Below, in pieces: positions 1 through 8,678 of a DNA stretch of 28,965 bases (position 1 is its first letter; each line of letters begins with the position of its first letter). The stretch lies in contig MHBF01000149.1 of assembly GCA_001803225.1 (NCBI GenBank), positions 1 to 28,965 on the forward strand, in the 5' to 3' direction. This DNA comes from Lentisphaerae bacterium GWF2_44_16 (GTDB lineage: Bacteria; Verrucomicrobiota; Lentisphaeria; Victivallales; GWF2-45-14). Both the position numbers and the translations under genes were made by a program. The notes below the pieces were generated by a model, which was not told the origin of the DNA, did not search any database, and saw nothing but the letters and a program-made list of their open reading frames with translations.

Positions 1-387
1 ACCTATTATACACAAAGGATTTCTCTTTTTTATGCCAAGACGGCGACGCCGATCAAAAATTCATTTACACAAGATATTGTACACTCTCTATTTTCAAGCT
101 CGACTGAGTTTACTACGATTCTATTCGATAAATTTAAGAGTCTGTCAAGAAACTCGGGAGCATATATAGGACGAGTTTTACTAGAAACATTTGAAAAAAC
201 ACTTGATAGACATCAATTAATCGAGCTAAGAGACTATTTACCCAGAGCAGATATATGGGAAAAAAGACAAATTTTGAAATTGCTTAAGAATGGTCTTTAT
301 GTTGGTGAATTTAATCCGATTTTTAAGAATTTTAGAATCAATGAAAGGGATGAGCTAATTGATTGCATCAAGAAAGATTATTTATAA
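1..387 (+). CDS. 3' end of a 5'-truncated ORF (hypothetical protein, last about 128 aa).
   Basis: Frame 1 is open from the window edge to TAA at 385-387. Composition is AT-rich and coding-like. The next gene's RBS (GGAGG 406-410) and ATG (418) follow 30 nt later, which suggests an operon. No recognisable motif. Confidence 0.4.
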   Translation, partial: TYYTQRISLFYAKTATPIKNSFTQDIVHSLFSSSTEFTTILFDKFKSLSRNSGAYIGRVLLETFEKTLDRHQLIELRDYLPRADIWEKRQILKLLKNGLYVGEFNPIFKNFRINERDELIDCIKKDYL

Positions 388-417
388 AATCAAAACAATT
401 AACGCGGAGGAAGATTT

Positions 418-3400
418 ATGAAATATTATATTTTATCAATAAGTGATTTGCATTTTTCTGGTTTATCCGAACAAAATCATGCAAAAAATTACATCGCACC
501 ACTCTCCCAAGTTATTTGTAGCCTGCCATTTGATGAAAAGACACATTTAATTATCCTTGTGGGAGGAGATGTAGCATTATATGGAAAAATAGCCGAATTT
601 GATCAAGCCAAGTTATTTTTTGAGGAACTGATCAACAGGATTATTGTCCATTTTCCAAATTTGCAGTACACTTTTGCTTTAGCGCCTGGAAACCACGATT
701 GTGATTTTTCAATCTATGAAAATGGCGAAGAAGAAATTAGAAAAAATATTATTTTGCCAAACGACAAACTACTCTCCCTATATGATAATAAAGATTTCAT
801 TAACCGAAAACTTTCAAACTATTTTTCGTTTCGAGATCAATTCCGATCAAAACACTTGGTTCAAAGTCATTTTTATTTTGACAGATACGAGTTTTTGGGT
901 GAAGGACATACACTCAATCTCGTTTCCTTCAATAGCTCCATTTCATACGATCCACTTTTCAATAACAATCGCGTAAGCGTCGATTCCAAGATGATTGATG
1001 ATAATATTGGCCTCCACAAGGACGAAATTAATATTTCCATCAGTCATTATCCGCTTGAATGGTTCGATAGGAATAAGACTGAATACTATTCTTCAATTCA
1101 GTCAAAAGCCAACATATTGATCACCGGACACGAGCATGAATATGAAAAAATTTATACTGTTGCAGACGGTTTTACAAAATGCTATGTTAGATTACCGTCC
1201 TTTCAGACCGTAAATCAAGAAAGTCGTTCGGGAATTGTAATATTGGATGTTGACTCTTGCACAGCGCAACTTGATGTGAAGCACTATATTTTTGACGGGC
1301 GCATTTATCAGCAAATTGAAGACCGGACTATGCCGGTCAATATTACTTCGACATTAATGATAAAAAATTCTATTCTACCAACAGATAGAAATTACTTTTG
1401 CAACCTTTTCGCTAGTAGCATGTCCCCAACGCAAAACAAAAAATTCATCAACTTTGAAGACGCATTTATTTCGCCTATTTGCGCAAAAATCACACTTAGT
1501 GATTTTGATGAAGAAAACAAGACTGAGTACCTCACTCATTCAGAGCTTTCTATCGATAGGTTTGGATCAGTTACTGTTTTTTCGGGGCCAAGCTTTTTTG
1601 GAAAAACGGTTCTTCTTAAGAAATACTACCTCGACGCCTACAGATTGGGGTATTTACCTATTTACATATCTTTTAGTGCCAAAAACAATCGAAAAGGGTA
1701 TATTGAGGAGGCAATCAAGAAATCTATCAAATCTGCCTATCCGAACGGGCGAGACTTTGTTGCACAGAACCAAGACAAAGTGGTTTTAATTATCGATGAC
1801 CTTCATTTTTATAAAGACAATATTGATGATTTTTTTGCCTATATCAACGAATATTCTTTTGGCAAAATCATCATTTCGATTAACCCAATTGAGTTTAACA
1901 CATTCAATGTTGAAAAGAGTTCTACTAAATATTTTGACTTGTACAGAATTCAGGCGTTTGGACATACGCAAAAATATGAGCTAGTACAAAGATGGGTTGA
2001 TCGTGATGGCGAACTTCAAGACGGGCATCAGAAGGACAAACTAATCTCTGAAATTCGGTCTCTGCTGCAACAGGTTTCTTCTATCGATGGATTCATGAAT
2101 ACCGCAGAACTCACCCTTATTTTTTTGGAAGCCTACAATGACATTAAGCCTCAGTCGTTGATGAATGGATCAAAGGGCGTATATTACGAATTTCTATTTT
2201 CGAAATATATACTTAGAATTGCGACCCTTTGTAAAATCGAACAATCATTCATAGACGAGTTCTTGGCCGAATATGCGTACTATATATTTAAAAATATTGA
2301 CCATAACTTATCCGACTTTGATACCAAATACTTGGAAGGCCACATTATTGATCAAGAAGAGTATTATAAGAATAAAACTCAACTCATTGAAGCTATGAAA
2401 GAAATTGACATTATTGACAAAGATACCGATTCGATTGAGTTTAAGCACTCGTATATAATCGCATATTTTGCAGCGAGATATTACGTTGCAAATTTTTCAA
2501 CGAAGAGTGATGAATTACGTGAATTAATCAAGCACACCGACGATTTAAATGCATCAAATGTGTTGCTTTTTGTGATGTACTTTACTAAGAACGAACAATT
2601 AGTAGATTCCATAGTTGATGTATGCAACTCTTTGTTTTTGAATGCGGGTGAAATACAACTCAATGATGATATAAACTTTATCAACTCATTTATTTGTGGT
2701 GTCAAGGACGTTGTTGAATATGGTTCAATAAGGGATAACAATAAAGAATTGTGTGCGTTTTTAGATAAAAAGTCTAGAGAAAAAGGAAACTTGAAGAAAT
2801 CAATCAAAGTAGAATTAAGTGAAGCAGAACAAAAAATCCAATCAGATTTCATCAGTTCCTATAAATTAAGAGAAATTATTCGTGAAGTTTTAAATCAGAC
2901 GAACACAAAATCAATTGTCGAAAAGCTGATCCCCGCGAATCTTTCACTTGGTTTACGGAAATGCGGTGACGTCGTAGAATATTTTAACAAATATATATGT
3001 ATGATAAATTCAAAAAACAAAAAAGAGTGGGAAGAAGAGCATCGGGAATATGAACAGAATATTTTACTATGGATTTCGCTTTTAGGAAAGGTTTTCTTGG
3101 ACCATTCCGAAAATTTAGCTCCTGCGAAATTTAACACATACGTTCGCTTATTACTTTCAAAAAAGGATACCGAAGCGTATAGACTACTCAACGCCTTATC
3201 CGAGTTCTACTCATCAAGACATGAGGAGGAAAAAAAGTATTACGGTTTTTACAGGTTGCTGTCTGAGTTTCGTAAAGAACACAATTATTTCGGGCTAGCT
3301 ATGCTCCATGCCGTTGTAGACCGAGAGGTTAACTATATAGGGATTGATGAAAAACATAAAAAGGAATTACTTGAAAAAGCCAAAGCTCCTACTTTACATT

Positions 3401-3504
3401 TGCAAGGAAAGGATTACAAAAAGAACCTTGATTCATCGAGAATTAATAAAAAAACAAGATTTGAATTTTTAAAAAGGTTGTTTAAAAAACAAAAACCCGA
3501 GTGA
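418..3504 (+). CDS. 1028-aa fusion: N-terminal calcineurin-like metallophosphoesterase (Mre11/SbcD-type), central P-loop NTPase, long helical C-terminal region. STAND-like candidate defense protein.
   Basis: GGAGG sits 7 nt upstream of ATG 418. Metallophosphoesterase motifs in order: SDLHFSG, GGDVALYG, APGNHD, ITGHEHEY. Walker A GPSFFGKT is at about nt 1581-1604 and Walker B VVLIIDD about 230 nt downstream. About 550 aa of helical, repeat-like sequence follows. The ORF is uninterrupted. Confidence 0.8.
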   Translation: MKYYILSISDLHFSGLSEQNHAKNYIAPLSQVICSLPFDEKTHLIILVGGDVALYGKIAEFDQAKLFFEELINRIIVHFPNLQYTFALAPGNHDCDFSIYENGEEEIRKNIILPNDKLLSLYDNKDFINRKLSNYFSFRDQFRSKHLVQSHFYFDRYEFLGEGHTLNLVSFNSSISYDPLFNNNRVSVDSKMIDDNIGLHKDEINISISHYPLEWFDRNKTEYYSSIQSKANILITGHEHEYEKIYTVADGFTKCYVRLPSFQTVNQESRSGIVILDVDSCTAQLDVKHYIFDGRIYQQIEDRTMPVNITSTLMIKNSILPTDRNYFCNLFASSMSPTQNKKFINFEDAFISPICAKITLSDFDEENKTEYLTHSELSIDRFGSVTVFSGPSFFGKTVLLKKYYLDAYRLGYLPIYISFSAKNNRKGYIEEAIKKSIKSAYPNGRDFVAQNQDKVVLIIDDLHFYKDNIDDFFAYINEYSFGKIIISINPIEFNTFNVEKSSTKYFDLYRIQAFGHTQKYELVQRWVDRDGELQDGHQKDKLISEIRSLLQQVSSIDGFMNTAELTLIFLEAYNDIKPQSLMNGSKGVYYEFLFSKYILRIATLCKIEQSFIDEFLAEYAYYIFKNIDHNLSDFDTKYLEGHIIDQEEYYKNKTQLIEAMKEIDIIDKDTDSIEFKHSYIIAYFAARYYVANFSTKSDELRELIKHTDDLNASNVLLFVMYFTKNEQLVDSIVDVCNSLFLNAGEIQLNDDINFINSFICGVKDVVEYGSIRDNNKELCAFLDKKSREKGNLKKSIKVELSEAEQKIQSDFISSYKLREIIREVLNQTNTKSIVEKLIPANLSLGLRKCGDVVEYFNKYICMINSKNKKEWEEEHREYEQNILLWISLLGKVFLDHSENLAPAKFNTYVRLLLSKKDTEAYRLLNALSEFYSSRHEEEKKYYGFYRLLSEFRKEHNYFGLAMLHAVVDREVNYIGIDEKHKKELLEKAKAPTLHLQGKDYKKNLDSSRINKKTRFEFLKRLFKKQKPE

Positions 3505-3540
3505 CAACGTATTATCGAAGATTCTTATATAACAACTCGA

Positions 3541-5262
3541 CTATAATATAACAACATTGTACCTGAGTGAGTTTTTATACTTTTGACAAAGGAATAGTCC
3601 ATCGGAGATTGTGGGCGTTATAGAAAACTCAAATCTTCTCGACGCAAACTCGGCATCGGAATACTCTTTATCTGTCGAAATGCAGAATACAATCTGCGTT
3701 CGACTGATTGCGATTATTCTATAGATGAAGATACGGAAGGTATCGACATCCAGTTCTTCAAAAGGCTTTGTCTGCCTGGCGAGGATTTTCTTCATCTGAG
3801 ACAGTTTTGACTCCTTTTGAAACTTGACCATAATCTGTTTCTCCGTTGCATTGATGTCATTCATCTTTGTTCGTATCTGACCATTCAATGCTTGATACTT
3901 TTGCATGAAGATCTCTTCAGACAAATCCGGAGTCGAAATCTTCAAATCGACTAGTTGAGCCAGTTGGGATTGAAGCTCGGATTTCTCTTTTTCGAGAGTT
4001 GCCAGTTTAACCTCGTGTTCACTAGGGATTACGTTTTTGTCAAAGGCTTTTTCAAGTAATTCCATCGTATTTGGATTGTTCCAGAATACTTCGTTCAGCA
4101 TTTGAAGACTTGCTCCTTCGACGGATTCTTGATAAAGGGCTTTTGCGCGACAATTGTGTTTACCCTCGACGTATCCCCCACATTGCTGCATAACGCGCGC
4201 TGAAGGGGTGCCGTAGTTCCAATAACGCCTTTTCAGGGCGCGACCGCATTCGTGACAAATGATGATGCCAGAGAACGGGTAACGGTATGTATACTTGGAT
4301 AGATTCTTATCCTTCCCGACCGTTTGCTTGGCTCTGGTTTCTTTGATTTGTTGGGCAAGTAGAAAAGTCTCCCGGTCAATGATTGGTTCGTGATTATCTT
4401 CTACATGAAACTTGGGAGCGATGTTATCGTTCTTCACTCGTTTGTGAGTTAGGTAATCCGTGGTGATGGTCTTCTGCATAATCAGATCTCCACAGTACTT
4501 TTCATTAGATAAAATGAAGTTGATGGTACTGTTTCGCCAGTAAGTTCTTCCTGCTCCGGTTTTGTATCCTTTGGCTTGGAGTAATTGACAGATGCGAGCC
4601 GGACCAATGCCGGAAACGTATAGCGAAAAGATTTCCTTGACGATTGCTGCTTGGTCCGGAATCGGAATCAGTTGCTTGGTCTCTTTGTCTCGTGTATAGC
4701 CCAAGAATCGCTTGTTATTGACGATGGGATCACCTTCACTGAATCGCTTGCGGATATTCCATTTGACGTTCTCACTGACGTTCCTGGCCTCTTCCTGGGC
4801 AATGGATGACATGATGGTTAATAAGAAGTCGACCTTGGTATCAGAAGAGTAGATGTTCTCTTTCTCGAAGTAGATTTCTACTCCGAGCGTTCTCAACTCG
4901 CGGATGTAATTGAGACAGTCAACCGTGTTACGTGTGAAGCGAGAAATTGACTTGGTCAGAATCAAATCGATTTCACCGTTTCTGGACGCTTCAATCATGG
5001 CGTTGAATTCTTTACGGTTCTTGGTGGAAGTACCGCTTAAGCCTTCGTCCGCATAAATCCGGACCATCTGCCATGTTGGGTTGGAGATGATTCGTTTGGT
5101 ATATTCGTCCACCTGCGCATCATAACTAGTTTTTTGTTCGATGTTATCAGTGGATACTCGACAATAGGCACAAACGCGTTTCTTGGTCGGAATGAAATTG
5201 CCGTTTTCGTTTTGTTCAAAGGTAATGACGGGTTTGATGATCTTGACTTGCTTATTTTGCAT
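3541..5262 (-). CDS. Large serine recombinase (serine integrase/transposase type).
   Basis: N-terminal resolvase-type catalytic domain with CAYCRVSTDNIEQ (catalytic Ser) and the DLILTKSISRFTRN region. Large recombinase domain. A Cys cluster (CHECG...CGGY...HNC) forms a zinc ribbon. Coiled-coil-like C-terminal region. The ATG at 5260-5262 (MQNKQVKII) is preferred over the upstream in-frame start at 5424. Confidence 0.85.
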   Translation of the reverse strand: MQNKQVKIIKPVITFEQNENGNFIPTKKRVCAYCRVSTDNIEQKTSYDAQVDEYTKRIISNPTWQMVRIYADEGLSGTSTKNRKEFNAMIEASRNGEIDLILTKSISRFTRNTVDCLNYIRELRTLGVEIYFEKENIYSSDTKVDFLLTIMSSIAQEEARNVSENVKWNIRKRFSEGDPIVNNKRFLGYTRDKETKQLIPIPDQAAIVKEIFSLYVSGIGPARICQLLQAKGYKTGAGRTYWRNSTINFILSNEKYCGDLIMQKTITTDYLTHKRVKNDNIAPKFHVEDNHEPIIDRETFLLAQQIKETRAKQTVGKDKNLSKYTYRYPFSGIIICHECGRALKRRYWNYGTPSARVMQQCGGYVEGKHNCRAKALYQESVEGASLQMLNEVFWNNPNTMELLEKAFDKNVIPSEHEVKLATLEKEKSELQSQLAQLVDLKISTPDLSEEIFMQKYQALNGQIRTKMNDINATEKQIMVKFQKESKLSQMKKILARQTKPFEELDVDTFRIFIYRIIAISRTQIVFCISTDKEYSDAEFASRRFEFSITPTISDGLFLCQKYKNSLRYNVVIL

Positions 5263-5687
5263 AATAAATGATTCCCTTCTATTTGGCGTACTATATACAT
5301 CACTCTGCAAGCAAAAATTATCAAGTCCTATTTCGATAACGATTGCTTTGTGAAAATGATGTTTCTTCACGATTTTGAGATAGTATACCAAATGGAAATA
5401 TGCATTCCTAGACGCCAGCGGCACAATCGTTCATAGATTGAACGAAATCGATTTACCGATAATACACGTGAACGGTGACGCCAAGTAGTGGTCATATATG
5501 CTTCAAGTAGCATTCAATACGCCGTCAATAGGTTGTCAACTGCACGCACCAAAAATTTGAGAAAATCGTTCTCAAACCAACACCTGTTTGCAGAAAATTA
5601 AACCATTTTTCTCAACCTGATTTTACTGGGTTAAAAGATGGATAATTGTACACATAAAATCGTATAAAATTCAAAAAACTCAAAAAT

Positions 5688-5792
5688 AGTTATTGTAGAC
5701 AATAATTGGGTTAATGACAACACAAACGAGGATATTGACGACAATAACCGAGTTATTGCATACATTAATCGAGTTAATGTCGACAGAAGTAC
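5688..5792. repeat. Five tandem 21-bp iteron-like direct repeats (consensus rGTTAwTGnmgACAATAAncG), each containing a short palindrome.
   Basis: Units start at 5688, 5709, 5730, 5751 and 5772, giving an exact 21-bp phase. GTTAWTG and ACA are conserved in all five units. The array sits in a 1-kb non-coding gap between the recombinase and hsdR. Confidence 0.6.
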
Positions 5793-6332
5793 ACAAAAAG
5801 AAAAAGAAAAGGAAATTGATGTATTAGATTAACAAGATAAAGGGTAAAATCCAGTCGGTTTTACCGGTAAACAATTACAGTTTTTAAAGACGATTTTTGA
5901 AAGAATAATTCCCGAAACCATCAAACATGTGAGTATATGCATTTTTGTGAATACCCACAGTTGAGTAAATGGAATTTGGTGTGAGCGTAAATTTGCACTA
6001 ACCCTTGGATAACTTAAATTGCAATCGCGCGATAGGATTTTCCTTTTTCCGAAGGCTCCCCCGGTCACGGAGAATAACATACTATGGGTACCGCATAAGG
6101 GGACGGTTAAATTATGGGAGGCAAAAATTTTGAAAATCTGTAAAATGATTCTCGTGAACATTCATTAACCATATAAGCCAAAAGCACAATATTCAATATT
6201 GACTATCAATTCAATGACAATTTTGATAAAATGGTGATTATGATAGATTTTTTCTATTGTCTTCAATTTTGTTGTGGAAATTAAAGGGAAAAACGAATCT
6301 TGGATATTGAAAGGGGTATTATCTTGAGTAGA

Positions 6333-8666
6333 ATGACTGAAGAAGATGTCAAAAACCGTCTCATTACTCCAGCAATCGATGGTGCCGGGTGGCAAAAAGA
6401 ACAAGTGTATATGGAATACTTTTTTACCAACGGCCAAATGATTGTTCGCGGAGATACTGTCAAACGAGGAAAACAGAAAAAAGCTGACTATGTTCTTGTT
6501 CGACAAGAAGGCAATATTCCACTTGCGATAATCGAAGCAAAAGACAACGAGCATTCACTTGGTGCCGGAATGCAACAAGCGATTGACTATGCAACGATCC
6601 TAAATATACCATTTGCCTATTCATCTAATGGCGATGGATTCTTGGAACACGATTTTTTAACCGGCGCAGAAAAAGAAATATCCCTTTCCGATTTTCCGTC
6701 TGAACAACAATTGTGGGACAGATATAAGACTGCAAAGGGAATTGATAAACAACAAGAAAATATCATATCAGAACCCGAACACTTTGATTTGTTTTCTAAA
6801 AAGCGTCCTCGATATTATCAACGAATTGCAATCAATAAAACGATGGAAGCCATCGCCAAAGGTCAAAAACGAATTCTCTTGGTCATGGCGACAGGAACCG
6901 GCAAAACATTTACCGCTTTCCAAATTTGTTATAAACTTTTGAAAACCAAAACCGCAAAACGGATTTTGTATTTGGTGGATCGGAACATTTTGATTGATCA
7001 GACCATGCAACAGGATTTCCGCCCATTTGAAAAAGTAATGACGAAGATTCAAGATAAAATCTTGGATAGCTCGTACGAAATTTATATGAGTCTCTATCAT
7101 CAACTCGCCGGGGACGAAGGATGCGAACCGTTCCGTGAGTTCAAACCGGAATTCTTTGACTTAATCATCGTTGATGAAGCACATCGTGGCAGCGCGAAGG
7201 AAGAATCAAAGTGGCGGAAGATACTTGACTACTTTAAGGATGCCATTCATATCGGTATGACGGCCACTCCGAAAGAGACAAAGGAAATCAGTAACATCAC
7301 CTACTTTGGAGACCCTGTTTACACATATAGCTTGAAACAAGGCATCGACGATGGCTTCCTTGCTCCCTATAAAGTGATTCGCATAGGGCTGAACAAAGAC
7401 CTTGAAGGTTGGCGTCCCCCGATGGGCAAGTTGGATGTGGATGGCAATCCCGTTGAGGACAGAGAATATAACGCGAAGGATTTCGATCGCTCTTTAGTGA
7501 TTGACGAACGCACCAAAGCTGTTGCTAATCGAATCACGAAATGGCTTCATGCCAATGATCGTTTCTCAAAAACAATTGTTTTCTGCGTTGATATTGAACA
7601 CGCTGAAAGAATGAGACAAGCTCTTATCAACGAAAACAAAGACCTTGTTGCTCAAAATCCAAAGTACATCATGCGCATCACAGGAGATAACCCCGAGGGC
7701 AAAGCCCAATTGGATTACTACATCGATCCAAACGAAAAGTATCCGACCATCGTTACAACATCAAAGCTTATGACCACGGGAGTGGATTGTAAGACCACCA
7801 AGTTGATTGTTCTCGATAGCAATATCAATTCCATGACTGAGTTCAAACAGATCATTGGACGAGGAACGAGATTGTATCCAGAATTTGGAAAGAACTATTT
7901 CACCATCATGGATTTCAGAGATGTATGCCGCCTATTTGCGGATCCGGCGTTCGATGGAGATCCGGTTGTGATTATTGAGGGTGGCGACGGCGGAGAAAAC
8001 TGGAATCCAAATCCTCCCGTTATTGGTGGCGATGGTGATGAACCTAATGGTGGAGAACCCGTGCCGCCGATTGGACCAACTCCCCCCAAACCACCATTCA
8101 GAAAAGTGCGTGTTCGAGGTGTTGACGTGACCATCTTGAATGAAAGAGTTCAATACTATGACAAAGACGGGAAGCTCATCACAGAAAGCATTCGTGATTA
8201 CTCCAAACGAAATATCCTGAATGACTATGCCACCATGGATGATTTTATCCTTATGTGGACCAAATCGGAGAAAAAGCAAGCCATCATTGAGGAACTTCAG
8301 GAACATGGCGTGCTTTTGGATTCGCTTCGGCAGGAATCAGGAAAAGTCATCGATGATTTTGACCTAATCCTTCATGTGGCTTTTGATAAGAAGCCGTTAA
8401 CGAAGAAAGAGCGAATCGATAACGTGTTGAAGAAAGGATATCTAGCAAAGTATTCGCCTGTTTGCCAACAGGTGCTTTCAGCTTTGCTCGATAAATATAT
8501 GGATGGCGGTATTTCTGAATTGGAAGACACCAGGATTTTGGATAACGCTCCATTCGATCGGTTTGGAAGTCCGAGAAAAATCGCATCGCAATTTGGTGGG
8601 AAAAATGAGTATGTTTTTGCAGTAAGAGAACTTCAAAACCAGATATATCAGACATCTGTCAACTAG
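6333..8666 (+). CDS. hsdR: Type I restriction enzyme R subunit (HsdR).
   Basis: N-terminal PD-(D/E)xK nuclease region (IEAKD) with the typical HsdR start MTEEDVKNRLITPAIDGAGW. Helicase motif I MATGTGKT and motif II IIVDEAH. Q-motif-like RYYQRIAI. HsdR-type C-terminal region. The start could alternatively be TTG at 6300 or 6324. An unusual Pro/Gly-rich low-complexity insert lies at about 7960-8100. Confidence 0.85.
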   Translation: MTEEDVKNRLITPAIDGAGWQKEQVYMEYFFTNGQMIVRGDTVKRGKQKKADYVLVRQEGNIPLAIIEAKDNEHSLGAGMQQAIDYATILNIPFAYSSNGDGFLEHDFLTGAEKEISLSDFPSEQQLWDRYKTAKGIDKQQENIISEPEHFDLFSKKRPRYYQRIAINKTMEAIAKGQKRILLVMATGTGKTFTAFQICYKLLKTKTAKRILYLVDRNILIDQTMQQDFRPFEKVMTKIQDKILDSSYEIYMSLYHQLAGDEGCEPFREFKPEFFDLIIVDEAHRGSAKEESKWRKILDYFKDAIHIGMTATPKETKEISNITYFGDPVYTYSLKQGIDDGFLAPYKVIRIGLNKDLEGWRPPMGKLDVDGNPVEDREYNAKDFDRSLVIDERTKAVANRITKWLHANDRFSKTIVFCVDIEHAERMRQALINENKDLVAQNPKYIMRITGDNPEGKAQLDYYIDPNEKYPTIVTTSKLMTTGVDCKTTKLIVLDSNINSMTEFKQIIGRGTRLYPEFGKNYFTIMDFRDVCRLFADPAFDGDPVVIIEGGDGGENWNPNPPVIGGDGDEPNGGEPVPPIGPTPPKPPFRKVRVRGVDVTILNERVQYYDKDGKLITESIRDYSKRNILNDYATMDDFILMWTKSEKKQAIIEELQEHGVLLDSLRQESGKVIDDFDLILHVAFDKKPLTKKERIDNVLKKGYLAKYSPVCQQVLSALLDKYMDGGISELEDTRILDNAPFDRFGSPRKIASQFGGKNEYVFAVRELQNQIYQTSVN

Positions 8667-8678
8667 GGAGGACATAAC

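Noticed and set aside
701-3191. Small internal ORFs on both strands within the 1028-aa gene (for example 701-976, 1454-1789, 2481-2852 minus, 2895-3191 minus).
   Set aside because: They are nested in or antisense to a long uninterrupted ORF with clear domain motifs, and their translations are low-complexity.
5263-5424. 54-codon N-terminal extension of the serine recombinase.
   Set aside because: The conserved resolvase domain begins right after the internal ATG at 5262, which has a GAAGGGA RBS. The extension has no similarity to recombinase N-termini.
5829-6554. Minus-strand ORFs 5829-6161 (110 aa) and 6165-6554 (129 aa).
   Set aside because: They lie in AT-rich intergenic DNA. The second overlaps the hsdR start region. 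They give low-complexity hydrophobic translations with no RBS. They are likely spurious.
7895-8306. Minus-strand ORFs opposite the HsdR Pro/Gly-rich region.
   Set aside because: They are Gly/Pro-rich antisense translations of the low-complexity insert and lie inside hsdR.
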